Shown here: positions 38,309 through 46,605 of the stretch, piece after piece
Layout of the letters: the number at the start of each line of letters is the position of its first letter
How positions within the stretch are numbered: position 1 is the first letter of the stretch
Assembly (NCBI GenBank): GCA_017860005.1
Contig: JAFNAE010000002.1
Location: forward strand, 1-55,506
From: Acidobacteriota bacterium
GTDB lineage: Bacteria; Acidobacteriota; Thermoanaerobaculia; Multivoradales; JAGPDF01
Length of the DNA stretch: 55,506 nucleotides
Reading direction: 5' to 3'
Translations under genes and position numbers: made by a program
Notes under the pieces: model-generated
Databases searched by the model: none
Seen by the model: the letters and a program-made list of their open reading frames with translations, nothing else
What the model was told of the DNA's origin: nothing

Positions 38309-38312
38309 CGTC

Positions 38313-39665
38313 TCAGCTCCTTGCCCCGGAGACGGGGCGGACGGAGAGTGTCATTCCGTCGACGCCGACGACTTCCACTTCGGCGCCGACCTCGGCCGGG
38401 ACCTCGGACGTGGCGTTCCACCACTCCCCCTGCAGGAACACCTTGCCGTCGGGATCGAGCCTCGCCCGCACGGTCGCCCGCGCGCCGATCAACCCCTCGG
38501 CACCGGCCCGCACGGGAGTCCGCGCGCTGCGCAGGGCGAGCACGGCGAGGAACACCGTCACCACCAGGAAGAACCCGGCGAACGTGGCGATCACGCCCAG
38601 GCTCACGCGCAGCGCGGGCTCGGGCGAGCGGTAGAGGATGAGCGACCCGAGCACCAGCGAGCCGATGCCGCCCAGGGTCAGAATGCCGTAGCTGGTCACC
38701 TTGATCTCCGCGATCAACATGCCGACGCCGAGCAGGATCAGCGCGATCCCCGCGAAGCGCACCGGCAGCGCCGAGAAGGCGTAGAGGGCGAGCACGAGGG
38801 CGATGGCGCCGACCACCCCGGGCAGCACCGCCCCGGGATGGGTGAACTCGGCGTAGAGGCCGAACAGGCCGAGCAGGAAGAGGATGTAGGCGACGTTGGG
38901 GTGCAGCAGCGCCGACAGGAAGCGCTGCACCGGGTTCATCGAGAACTCCCGCACCACGGCGCCGGCGAGGGCGAGCCGGCGCGTCTCGCCCGGCGGCTTC
39001 TCGAACGTCCGGCCGTCGAGCCCGGCGACCAGCGCCGGGAGGTCCGCGGCCACGAGGTCGATCAGCTTTGCCGCGAGCGCCTCCTCGGCGGTGAACGAGC
39101 GGCTCTCGAGCACCGCCTTCTCCGCCAGCGCCACGTCGCGCCCGCGGCGCGCGGCGAGCGCGCGCACGTTGGCGGCCGCGTCTTCCTCGACCTTCTTGCC
39201 CAGGATGCCCTCGATCGTCTCGCCCTGCCCGCCCACCGGATGGGCGGCCCCGGTGTTGGTGGCCGGAGCCATCACCGCGAAGTCCGCGGCCATGAGCAGG
39301 AAGAAGCCGGCGGAGGCAGCCTGGGCGCCCTCCGGCGCCACCCAGACCACCACCGGCGTGCGCGCACCCAGCACCGCGGTGGTCATCTCGCGGGTCGAGG
39401 TCAGCAGGCCGCCGGGCGTGTCGATCTCGACCACCACCGCGGCCGCCCGCTCGCGGTCGGCGAGCTCGAGCGTTTCGACCAGCAGGTCGCGCGCGATCGG
39501 ATGGAGGATGGAGCCGATCCGGACGCGGTAGATCCCGGCGCCCGCCGGGGACGCATCCGCGGCGGCGGGGTCCTGCGTACTCCCGAGCAGCGGGCCGGCC
39601 AGGGCCACCGCCAGGCAGATCGCGGCCCACGCTGGAGGCGACCGAAGCGCGCGGCACACGTTCAT
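38313..39665 (-). CDS. nfeD: NfeD-family membrane-bound ClpP-class serine protease (450 aa)
   Basis: Signal peptide, a ClpP-like domain ([15 protein letters not shown]), a TM bundle and a C-terminal OB-like NfeD domain. It lies 4 nt upstream of the stomatin gene, which is the classical pairing. Confidence 0.9.
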   Translation of the reverse strand: MNVCRALRSPPAWAAICLAVALAGPLLGSTQDPAAADASPAGAGIYRVRIGSILHPIARDLLVETLELADRERAAAVVVEIDTPGGLLTSTREMTTAVLGARTPVVVWVAPEGAQAASAGFFLLMAADFAVMAPATNTGAAHPVGGQGETIEGILGKKVEEDAAANVRALAARRGRDVALAEKAVLESRSFTAEEALAAKLIDLVAADLPALVAGLDGRTFEKPPGETRRLALAGAVVREFSMNPVQRFLSALLHPNVAYILFLLGLFGLYAEFTHPGAVLPGVVGAIALVLALYAFSALPVRFAGIALILLGVGMLIAEIKVTSYGILTLGGIGSLVLGSLILYRSPEPALRVSLGVIATFAGFFLVVTVFLAVLALRSARTPVRAGAEGLIGARATVRARLDPDGKVFLQGEWWNATSEVPAEVGAEVEVVGVDGMTLSVRPVSGARS

Positions 39666-39815
39666 CTCGATTCACAAGGATAGCCGACCCCGAGGCGTGC
39701 GGGGGATGGCCCCGACTTGACCCGCGCCCACCCGCGAGAACATCATCCGCCGTCGTCGGTACCCGCCCCGGGCAAGGTCACCCGCCGTTCCGGACCACCG
39801 CGAGAGGGAATTCGA

Positions 39816-40352
39816 ATGGCCACCGATTCGGGCGTCGTTACCGCCAATCTCGACGCGCTGCGGCAGGGGTCCGACCTGATCCGGCGCCTTCCGGACGCCG
39901 GCTACGGTGAGGCGACGGACGGCGCCGCACCGGTCGGGCCCCACTTCCGGCACGTGATCGAGCACTACTCCTGCTTCCTCGCCGGCCACGCCTCGGGACG
40001 GGTGAACTACGACGCGCGCGAGCGCGATCCGGCGCTCGAGCGCGATCGCGACGCGGCGCTCGCGCGCATCGAGGAGCTCGCCGGAGAGCTGCGCCGGCTC
40101 GCCAGAGCCGACCTCGAGGCGCCGGCCGAGGTCCGACTCGAGTGCGGGTCGGGCGGCGAGCCGGCACAATGGAGCCGTTCGACCGTCGGCCGCGAGCTGC
40201 AGTTCCTGCTCTCGCACACGGTCCACCACTTCGCGCTCATCGGCCTCCTGCTCGCCCAGCGCGGGATCGGGACCGGCGCGGACGTCGGCGTCGCCCCCTC
40301 GACGCTCGAGCACCGCAGGGCTCAGCCCGCATGTGCACCGCATCCTGGCTGA
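39816..40352 (+). CDS. DinB/DinB_2-family metalloprotein (178 aa)
   Basis: ATG at 39816 with GAGAGGGA upstream. A His-rich helical pattern, HFRHVIEHY ... LLSHTVHHFALI, typical of DinB-fold proteins. Confidence 0.7.
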   Translation: MATDSGVVTANLDALRQGSDLIRRLPDAGYGEATDGAAPVGPHFRHVIEHYSCFLAGHASGRVNYDARERDPALERDRDAALARIEELAGELRRLARADLEAPAEVRLECGSGGEPAQWSRSTVGRELQFLLSHTVHHFALIGLLLAQRGIGTGADVGVAPSTLEHRRAQPACAPHPG

Positions 40353-41062
40353 GGCGGGACGGAGCTCTCCACCTCCTCTTCAACCGCGACGAGGAGAGGG
40401 GCCGTGAGTCCGCCTCGCCACCCGTCCTCCAGCGCAGCGGGCTGACGCGCTTCCTCGCGCCGCGCGACGGGCGCGCCGACGGCACCTGGCTCGCCGCGAC
40501 CGAGCGCGGTCTCGTGCTCGCTCTGCTCAACGCCAGCGCCGGGCGCCGGCCGGCACGGCCGGCGAGCCGCGGTGGGCTGATCCCGCGCCTCGCGCCGGCC
40601 GCCGCGATCGAGGAGATCGCGGCGCGGCTGGCGCGCGAGCCGCTCGCCGACCTGCCGCCGTTCCGGCTCGCCGCCTTCGCCGGCGCCGGCGGCGCCGCCC
40701 GGCTCGCCGCCTGGGACGGCGACAGCCTGGCGTGGAGCGAGCTCGACCCGGACACCGGCCTGCTCTGCTCCTCGGCGCTCGGCGACGAGCGCGCCACGCG
40801 CGAGCGGGGCGCGCTCTGGGAGCGCTCGCGCGCCGGCGCGCGCCCCTGGGACCTCGAGCGCCAGCGCGCCTTCCACCGCAGCCACGATCCGGCGCCGTCG
40901 GCCTGGTCGGTGTGCATGCACCGCGCCGACGCCCGGACCGTCAGCTACGCGGAGGTGGAGATCGACGCCGCCGAGGCGGTGCTGCGCTACCACGGCGGCC
41001 CGCCCTGCTCGCTCGCGCCCGCGCTCGACCTGCGCCTGGCGCTCGTGCCGGCGGCGTCATGA
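40331..41062 (+). CDS. NRDE-family protein (TANGO2 homologue family; 243 aa)
   Basis: Begins MCTASW and carries a literal LLFNRDEERGRE motif. Overlaps the DinB-like ORF by 22 nt. Confidence 0.8.
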   Translation: MCTASWLRRDGALHLLFNRDEERGRESASPPVLQRSGLTRFLAPRDGRADGTWLAATERGLVLALLNASAGRRPARPASRGGLIPRLAPAAAIEEIAARLAREPLADLPPFRLAAFAGAGGAARLAAWDGDSLAWSELDPDTGLLCSSALGDERATRERGALWERSRAGARPWDLERQRAFHRSHDPAPSAWSVCMHRADARTVSYAEVEIDAAEAVLRYHGGPPCSLAPALDLRLALVPAAS

Positions 41063-42747
41063 GCGGCGCCGGTCCGGTCGAGCAGGCCGCGGCGGCGCTT
41101 CCTGCCGCCCTCGGCGGCGCCCCGCTCGGGCTCGCCGTGGGCCTGGCCCTCGCCACGCTCGTCTCCGAGGACCTGACCTGCGTCGCCGCCGGAGTGCTGG
41201 TCGCGCAGGGACGGCTCGGCTTCGCGACCGCGACGCTCGCCTGCCTGGTCGGGATCTTCGTCGGCGACCTGCTGCTGGTCGCCGCCGGGCGCTGGCTCGG
41301 CCGGACCGCGCTCGCGCGCGCGCCGCTCGCCTGGTTCGTGTCGCCGCACCGGGTCGAGCGCGGCGCGCGCTGGTTCGCGAAGCGCGGTCCGGCCGTGGTC
41401 CTGCTCTCGCGCTTCGTGCCCGGCAGTCGACTGCCGCTCTTCGTCGCGGCCGGCGTCCTGCGGGCGCCGTTCTTCAGGATCGCGGCTGCGCTGCTGCTCG
41501 CCGGCGGGCTCTGGACGCCGCTCCTGGTCGGGCTCTCTGCGGCGACCGGCGGCGCGGTGCTCGACCGCCTCGAGCGGCTCGAGGCCTGGGCGCTGCCGGC
41601 CGCCGCGGCGGCCGCGCTCGCGGCGGTGCTCGTCGTCCGCCTCCTCGTCCCCGCCTTCACCTGGCGCGGACGCCGGCTCCTGCTCTCCCGCTGGCGGCGC
41701 CTCACGCGCTGGGAGTTCTGGCCGCTCGCGCTGTTCAACCTGCCGGTGGTCGTCCACGTGTTGGCGCTCGGCCTGCGTCACCGCCACCTCACCCTGTTCA
41801 CCGCGGCCAACCCGGGCATCCCCGCCGGCGGCTTCGTGCTCGAGTCGAAGAGCGCGATCCTGAGCGGGCTCGCCGGCACCGGCCGGGTCCCCCGCTTCGT
41901 CCGGCTCTCCCTGCCCGAGGACGAGGACGAGCGCGTCGCACTCGCGCGCCGGGCGGCCGGCGAGCTCGGCTGCGGCCTCCCGCTGGTCGGCAAGCCCGAC
42001 GTCGGCGAGCGCGGCGAGGGCGTCACCGTGCTGCGCTCCGCGGCGGCGCTCGACGCCTGGGCACGCGCGGCCGATCCCGAGTCGATCCTCCAGGCGTATG
42101 CGCCGGGTGAGGAGTTCGGCGTCTTCTACGTGCGGCGGCCGTCCGAGCCCGCGGGCAGGATCTTCTCGATCACCTGCAAGGCGTTTCCGGGCGTGACCGG
42201 CGACGGGCGCTCGACGCTCGAGCGGCTGATCCTCGCCGACGAGCGCGCCGTCTGCCAGGCGCCGATCCACCTCGAGCGGCTCGCCGACCGTCTCGACGAG
42301 GTCCCCCCGGCCGGCGTGCGCGTGCCGCTGGTCGAGGTCGGCAACCACTGTCGCGGCACGGAGTTCCGGGACGGGCGCGCGCTCGCCACCCCCGAGCTCG
42401 AGCGCCGCATCGACGAGATCGCGCGCGCCCTCGACGGCTTCTACTTCGGCCGCTTCGACCTGCGCGCGCCCTCGGTCGAGGAGTTCCGCGCCGGGCACGG
42501 GCTCGCCGTGCTCGAGGTCAACGGCGTCACCTCGGAAGCCACCCACATCTACGAGCCGGGGGCGAGCCTGCTCGCCGCCTGGCGGACGCTCCGCGTCCAG
42601 TGGCGGCTCGCCTTCGAGATCGGCGCCGAGAACGTCGCGCGCGGCGTGCGCACGACGCCGGCGCGCGATCTGCTCGCCCTGCTCGGCGAGCGGCGCCGGC
42701 GCCGATCCGCTAGGATCCTCTCCCGGACCGAATCCCCAACGAGGTGA
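41059..42747 (+). CDS. Fusion protein: DedA/VTT (SNARE-associated) membrane domain plus ATP-grasp carboxylate-amine ligase (562 aa)
   Basis: ATGA overlap with the NRDE stop. The N-half has LVSEDLTCVAAGVL ... LSRFVPGSRLPLFVAAG. It is followed by extra TM helices and WEFWPLALFN ... FTAANPGIPAGGFVLESK. The ATP-grasp half has VGKPDVGERGEGV, GDGRSTLERLI, FGRFDL and LAVLEVNG. Confidence 0.8.
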   Translation: MSGAGPVEQAAAALPAALGGAPLGLAVGLALATLVSEDLTCVAAGVLVAQGRLGFATATLACLVGIFVGDLLLVAAGRWLGRTALARAPLAWFVSPHRVERGARWFAKRGPAVVLLSRFVPGSRLPLFVAAGVLRAPFFRIAAALLLAGGLWTPLLVGLSAATGGAVLDRLERLEAWALPAAAAAALAAVLVVRLLVPAFTWRGRRLLLSRWRRLTRWEFWPLALFNLPVVVHVLALGLRHRHLTLFTAANPGIPAGGFVLESKSAILSGLAGTGRVPRFVRLSLPEDEDERVALARRAAGELGCGLPLVGKPDVGERGEGVTVLRSAAALDAWARAADPESILQAYAPGEEFGVFYVRRPSEPAGRIFSITCKAFPGVTGDGRSTLERLILADERAVCQAPIHLERLADRLDEVPPAGVRVPLVEVGNHCRGTEFRDGRALATPELERRIDEIARALDGFYFGRFDLRAPSVEEFRAGHGLAVLEVNGVTSEATHIYEPGASLLAAWRTLRVQWRLAFEIGAENVARGVRTTPARDLLALLGERRRRRSARILSRTESPTR

Positions 42748-42750
42748 TGA

Positions 42751-43248
42751 ATGCGTCTGCGTACCCTGCTCGTCTCCGCGCTCTGTCTCTGCCTCGGCAC
42801 CGCCGGCGCGCGCGCCAGTGATCCGCAAGCCACCGCCGAGCGCTCGACCGGCAACACCGAGACCCAGGTCGCCGAGGCCAAGCCTTCCGTGCCGCCGGGG
42901 CCGCGCACGCCGATCCAGGTCGCGCTCGCCGGCGCCGAGAAGCGCAAGCTGGTCGAGGGCAAGGCCAGCGCGGCCAGCCCCGGGGTCGTGCTCTGGACGG
43001 CGCCCCCCGACCGCATGCTCAACATCCAGCTGATGACCGAGGGCAACTCGGCGTCGCTGGTCGTCTTCCAGCCCGGCGAGGACGAGCCGACGCCCGGCGC
43101 CGGCCCCAAGGACGGCGCCATCCGCTGGATCGGCGCCGCGAGCCGCGCCGGCGAGCTGCGCCTCGAGGTGCACACCAAGGCCAAGGGCGAGATCTCGTTC
43201 AAGCTCGGGGTCGAGCTGGCGGCCCTCGACTCCGACCAGACGAAGTAG
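42751..43248 (+). CDS. Secreted hypothetical protein (165 aa)
   Basis: ATG 3 nt after the preceding stop, with GAGG upstream. Signal peptide MRLRTLLVSALCLCLGTAGARA. The mature part looks like a beta-rich ~110-aa domain. Confidence 0.6.
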   Translation: MRLRTLLVSALCLCLGTAGARASDPQATAERSTGNTETQVAEAKPSVPPGPRTPIQVALAGAEKRKLVEGKASAASPGVVLWTAPPDRMLNIQLMTEGNSASLVVFQPGEDEPTPGAGPKDGAIRWIGAASRAGELRLEVHTKAKGEISFKLGVELAALDSDQTK

Positions 43249-43254
43249 CGGGGA

Positions 43255-44094
43255 TCAGCCGAAGAAGAGCCGGCGCGCGCGCGGCGTCAACGCCTCGACG
43301 TCGAAGAGCACGAAGAAGTCGACGGTGCCGAACTCGCGGTCGAGGACCGGCGGGCCGGCGACCCGTCCGCCGAAGCGCAGGTAGATCTCGAACAGGGGCG
43401 GCAGCTCGAGCGCCGCGGCGCGTTCCGGGGCCGGGTCCTCGCCGCTCCACACGCATTCGTATCCGGGCTGCGCCGCGACCACGACGTCGTGGCGCACCAG
43501 CTCGCGACGGGCCAGCTGGTCGAGGGCGCGCTTGCCGTCCCACGGGTCACGGCTGGTCAGCGAGCAGGGACCGAACAGCCAGCGCCGGCGGTTGTGCGCC
43601 ATGTAGCGGGCAAGCCCTTTCCAGAGCAGGAAGAGGACGGGTCTCAACCGGTGCTCGCGCTCGATGCAGGCGCGCCCGACCTCGACTCCGTGCGCGAGGA
43701 TCTCCGCCGGCAGCGCCGAGAGATCGAACTCCGAGCCGGTGTAGAAACCGTCCGCCGCCTGCGCCATCTCGGTGGTCTGGATCCGGTAGGTGCCGATCAG
43801 CCGTCGGCTCGGCCGGTGCTCGACGACCAGGTGATGGCACTGCGGGTCGAAGCGGTCGAAGTCGCGTCCGGTGCGCCAGGACGACTCGAGTCCCTCCGAG
43901 AGCTCGAGATTGAAGACCCGGAAGCGCAGACGCAGCAGCTCGTCGAGCTCGCCCGCCGAGCGCGCGAAGCGGACCGCGTAGCTCCCCTCGACGATCTCGC
44001 CCGGCGGCAACCCCTCCCGGGCGGTCGGATACGCGGCCAGCTCCGGATGCTCGTCGAGCAGGCCCGGCAGGGACGTCTGGACCGGCTGCGTCAT
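43255..44094 (-). CDS. GNAT-fold N-acyl amino acid synthase (OlsB/hemolysin-like Acetyltransf_5 type; 279 aa)
   Basis: ATG at 44094 with GGGGAG 7 nt upstream. LRLRFRVFNLELSEG ... HLVVEH ... LIGTYRI ... YTGSEFDL ... GRACIEREHR ... LWKGLARY. The 5' 561 codons of track ORF 43255..45777 are antisense shadow. Confidence 0.8.
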   Translation of the reverse strand: MTQPVQTSLPGLLDEHPELAAYPTAREGLPPGEIVEGSYAVRFARSAGELDELLRLRFRVFNLELSEGLESSWRTGRDFDRFDPQCHHLVVEHRPSRRLIGTYRIQTTEMAQAADGFYTGSEFDLSALPAEILAHGVEVGRACIEREHRLRPVLFLLWKGLARYMAHNRRRWLFGPCSLTSRDPWDGKRALDQLARRELVRHDVVVAAQPGYECVWSGEDPAPERAAALELPPLFEIYLRFGGRVAGPPVLDREFGTVDFFVLFDVEALTPRARRLFFG

Positions 44095-44105
44095 GACAGG
44101 TCTCC

Positions 44106-44127
44106 CCGCCCGCGGCGCCGCGGGCGG
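44106..44127. promoter_or_regulatory. Perfect 22-bp palindrome CCGCCCGCGGCGCCGCGGGCGG in a divergent promoter region
   Basis: I verified by hand that the sequence is self-complementary. It abuts, with a 2-nt overlap, the SD (plus-strand CTCCCC at 44102-44107) of the minus-strand acyltransferase gene. Confidence 0.4.
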
Positions 44128-44271
44128 CGCGAATCCTAGCGCGCCGGGCGGCCGGGGCGCGGCGTCCGCGTGACGTCTCCGCGCCAGTCCCGCCGGGTCC
44201 GCCCGCGTGCGGCCTGGTATAGCCTCGGGGCGGCACTCCGGAGTCTCGAGGACGGGAGCGCGGGAGGGATC

Positions 44272-44574
44272 ATGGGCCCGGGCGTGGACGAGTCGATCGC
44301 GGCGGCGGCGGCGAGGATGCGCGCCATGTTGGGCGAGCACGCACGGGGCGAGCGCACCCTGGCGGCGCTGCTCGGGGACCTCAAGCACGTGATCCACGAG
44401 CTGCCGGAGGGCTCGGGCCCGAGGCTGCGCGAAGTGACCTCCGCCCTGCGCGCCGTGGGGCGGGCCTGGTCGTCCGGCGGTGCCTCGCCGGCCGGGACGC
44501 TCAGCTTCGACGGCGAGGCCGAGCTGCGCGCCGCCCTCGCCGATCTGCGCCGGACCGTCGAGCGCCTCGTCTGA
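44272..44574 (+). CDS. Small helical hypothetical protein (100 aa)
   Basis: ATG at 44272 with GGGAGGGA upstream and high GC3. I recognise no motif. Confidence 0.55.
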   Translation: MGPGVDESIAAAAARMRAMLGEHARGERTLAALLGDLKHVIHELPEGSGPRLREVTSALRAVGRAWSSGGASPAGTLSFDGEAELRAALADLRRTVERLV

Positions 44575-44685
44575 GCCCGGCGCGGCCGCTCCGGCATCCA
44601 TCGTGACGCGAGACCGGACGCTGCGAGCCAACGACCCGGGCGAGCGGCCTCGAGCGCATCGCCCCGATCCTCGGGAGGCGTGTCG

Positions 44686-45795
44686 ATGAGTCACGACGAA
44701 TGGGTGGAGGTGGGCGGCGAGGCGGAGCTGCTCACGGGTCCCGCCGTGCGCGAGGTGCGGGTCGGACGCACCAAGGTCGCGCTGGTCCGGCGCGACGGCG
44801 TGTTCTCGGCGATCTCGGGCGTCTGCAACCACGTCGGCGGACCGCTCGGAGAGGGCCGCCTGGACGGCGACTACGTGGTCTGCCCCTGGCACGGCTGGAA
44901 GTTCCATCGCGCCACGGGCGAGGGCGAGCCGGGCTTCGAGGCGGACAAGGTCCCCGCACACGCGGTGCGCGTCTCCGGCGGCCGCGTCCAGGTCTCGGCC
45001 GAGCCGGTCTCCGGGCGCGCGAAGAAGCCGCACGAGCCGCACCCGCTCGCGCGCCGCCCGGTGCGGGAGCCGGGGCCCGTGCGCGTGGTCGGCATCTCGA
45101 CCACGGTGATGAACCGCGACCTGCCCCGCTTCTCCACGTCGGACGAGCTGCTCGGCGCCGCGCTCGGGCACTGTGGCGGCGAGCTCGAGTGCGAGCACCG
45201 CCTGATCCGGCTCAACGACCTCTCGTTCCGCGCCTGCGAGGGCTACTACTCGAAGAGCGCGCGCGCCTGCACCTGGCCCTGCTCGATCACCCAGATGGAC
45301 CCGGAGGATCAGCTCGACCGCGTCTACGAGGCGATCGTGCACTGGGCGGACGTGATCCTGGTCGCCACGCCGATCCGCTGGGGGGCCGCCTCGGCGCTCT
45401 ACTACAAGATGGTCGAACGCATGAACTGCGTCCAGAACCAGATCACGCTCGCCAACCGGGTCCTGCTCAAGAACAAGGTCGCCGCCTTCGTGATCACCGG
45501 CGGCCAGGACAACGTCCAGGCGGTCGCCGGCCAGATGCTCGGCTTCTTCGCCGAGGTCGGCTGCGTCTTCCCGCAGTACCCCTACATCGCCCATTCGCGC
45601 GGCTGGGACGCCGAGGACATGGAGCGCAACGTGGCGGCGGTGCGCGCCTCGAGCGATCTCCACGACGCCGCGCGCGAGCTCGCCGCCCGCGCGGTCGACA
45701 TGGCCCGCCTGTTGCTCGCCTCGACGATCGAGGACCGCCGGCTCCAGCGCGGCGGCCGCAAGGCCTACGGCCCGCACCGCATGAGCGAGGATTGA
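44686..45795 (+). CDS. Rieske [2Fe-2S] domain fused to a flavodoxin-fold NAD(P)H-dependent FMN reductase-like domain (369 aa)
   Basis: ATG at 44686, 7 nt after GGGAGG (the track starts at the GTG at 44680). Rieske motif CNHVGGPL ... CPWHGWKF. The C-half has VVGISTT ... ACEGYYSKSARACTWPC ... ILVATPIRWG ... FVITGGQDN. Confidence 0.8.
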   Translation: MSHDEWVEVGGEAELLTGPAVREVRVGRTKVALVRRDGVFSAISGVCNHVGGPLGEGRLDGDYVVCPWHGWKFHRATGEGEPGFEADKVPAHAVRVSGGRVQVSAEPVSGRAKKPHEPHPLARRPVREPGPVRVVGISTTVMNRDLPRFSTSDELLGAALGHCGGELECEHRLIRLNDLSFRACEGYYSKSARACTWPCSITQMDPEDQLDRVYEAIVHWADVILVATPIRWGAASALYYKMVERMNCVQNQITLANRVLLKNKVAAFVITGGQDNVQAVAGQMLGFFAEVGCVFPQYPYIAHSRGWDAEDMERNVAAVRASSDLHDAARELAARAVDMARLLLASTIEDRRLQRGGRKAYGPHRMSED

Positions 45796-45796
45796 C

Positions 45797-45817
45797 AGCC
45801 GAGGCGCCGCCTCGGCT
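45797..45817 (+). terminator. GC-rich hairpin (9-bp stem AGCCGAGGC/GCCTCGGCT, 3-nt loop) just after the stop; no U-tract
   Basis: Read directly. It starts 2 nt after the TGA at 45793-45795. Confidence 0.35.
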
Positions 45818-45860
45818 AGGCTGGAGGCCTTCCGTCCGTTCCGAGGAGGTCCTGGCCTTC

Positions 45861-46553
45861 ATGGGCAAGCGAGATCCCCGCGTCGACGCCTACATCGCGA
45901 GCGCCGCCGAGTTCGCACGACCGATCCTCGAGCACCTGCGCGAGCTCGTCCACCGGGGCTGCCCGGAGGTGGCGGAGACGATCAAGTGGGGCGCGCCGCA
46001 TTTCGAGCACAAGGGGATGCTGGCCGGCATGGCGGCGTTCAAGGCGCACGCCACGTTCGGCTTCTGGAAGGGCTCGCTGGTGCTGACCAGCGAGACCGAG
46101 CACGACGCGATGGGCCAGTTCGGGCGCCTCCGCTCGCGCGCCGACCTGCCGCCCGACGACGAGATCCTGGGCTGGGTCCGGGTCGCCGCCCGCCTGAACG
46201 AGAGCGGCATCCGCCTGCCGACACCGCGCAAGCACGCCAGGGAACCGATCCCGATGCCGGCCGAGCTCGCCACCGCGCTCGCCCGGCCGAAGCACGCCCG
46301 CGCCCGCGCGACCTTCGAGTCGCTCAGCCCCAGCCACCGCCGCGAGTACCTCGAGTGGATCGCCGAGGCGAAGACCGAGGCGACGAGGGCGAAACGGATC
46401 GCCACCACCCTGGAGTGGCTCGCCGAGGGCAAGACGCACAGCTGGAAGTACCAGCCCGGCCGGCCGACGACGGAGGCTGGCGCCGCGCCACGGGCGAAGC
46501 CGGCGACCCGGCGCAAGCCGACGCGCAATCCGGTCCGCCGCTCCGGGCGATAG
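45861..46553 (+). CDS. DUF1801 (YdhG-like) plus YdeI/OmpD-associated domain protein (230 aa)
   Basis: ATG at 45861 with GAGGAGG upstream. DAYIASAAEFARPILEHLRELV ... IKWGAPHFEHKG, and C-terminal LSPSHRREYLEWIAEAKTEATRAKRI. Confidence 0.8.
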   Translation: MGKRDPRVDAYIASAAEFARPILEHLRELVHRGCPEVAETIKWGAPHFEHKGMLAGMAAFKAHATFGFWKGSLVLTSETEHDAMGQFGRLRSRADLPPDDEILGWVRVAARLNESGIRLPTPRKHAREPIPMPAELATALARPKHARARATFESLSPSHRREYLEWIAEAKTEATRAKRIATTLEWLAEGKTHSWKYQPGRPTTEAGAAPRAKPATRRKPTRNPVRRSGR

Positions 46554-46557
46554 CGTC

Positions 46558-46574
46558 CCGCCCGCGGGCGGTTT
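46558..46574 (+). terminator. Palindrome CCGCCCGCGGGCGG followed by TTT; weak terminator candidate
   Basis: The 14-nt self-complementary run at 46558-46571 is followed by TTT. It starts 4 nt after the TAG stop. Confidence 0.35.
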
Positions 46575-46605
46575 CCTCCCCGGTCCCCTCCGGGTCCAAG
46601 GGGGC

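Noticed and set aside
40987-45777. Minus-strand ORFs 40987..43173 (728 aa) and the 5' 561 codons of 43255..45777.
   Set aside because: They run antisense to the DedA::ATP-grasp, secreted-protein, small hypothetical and Rieske-fusion genes. They are R/G/A/E-rich. The real acyltransferase starts at 44094 with an SD.
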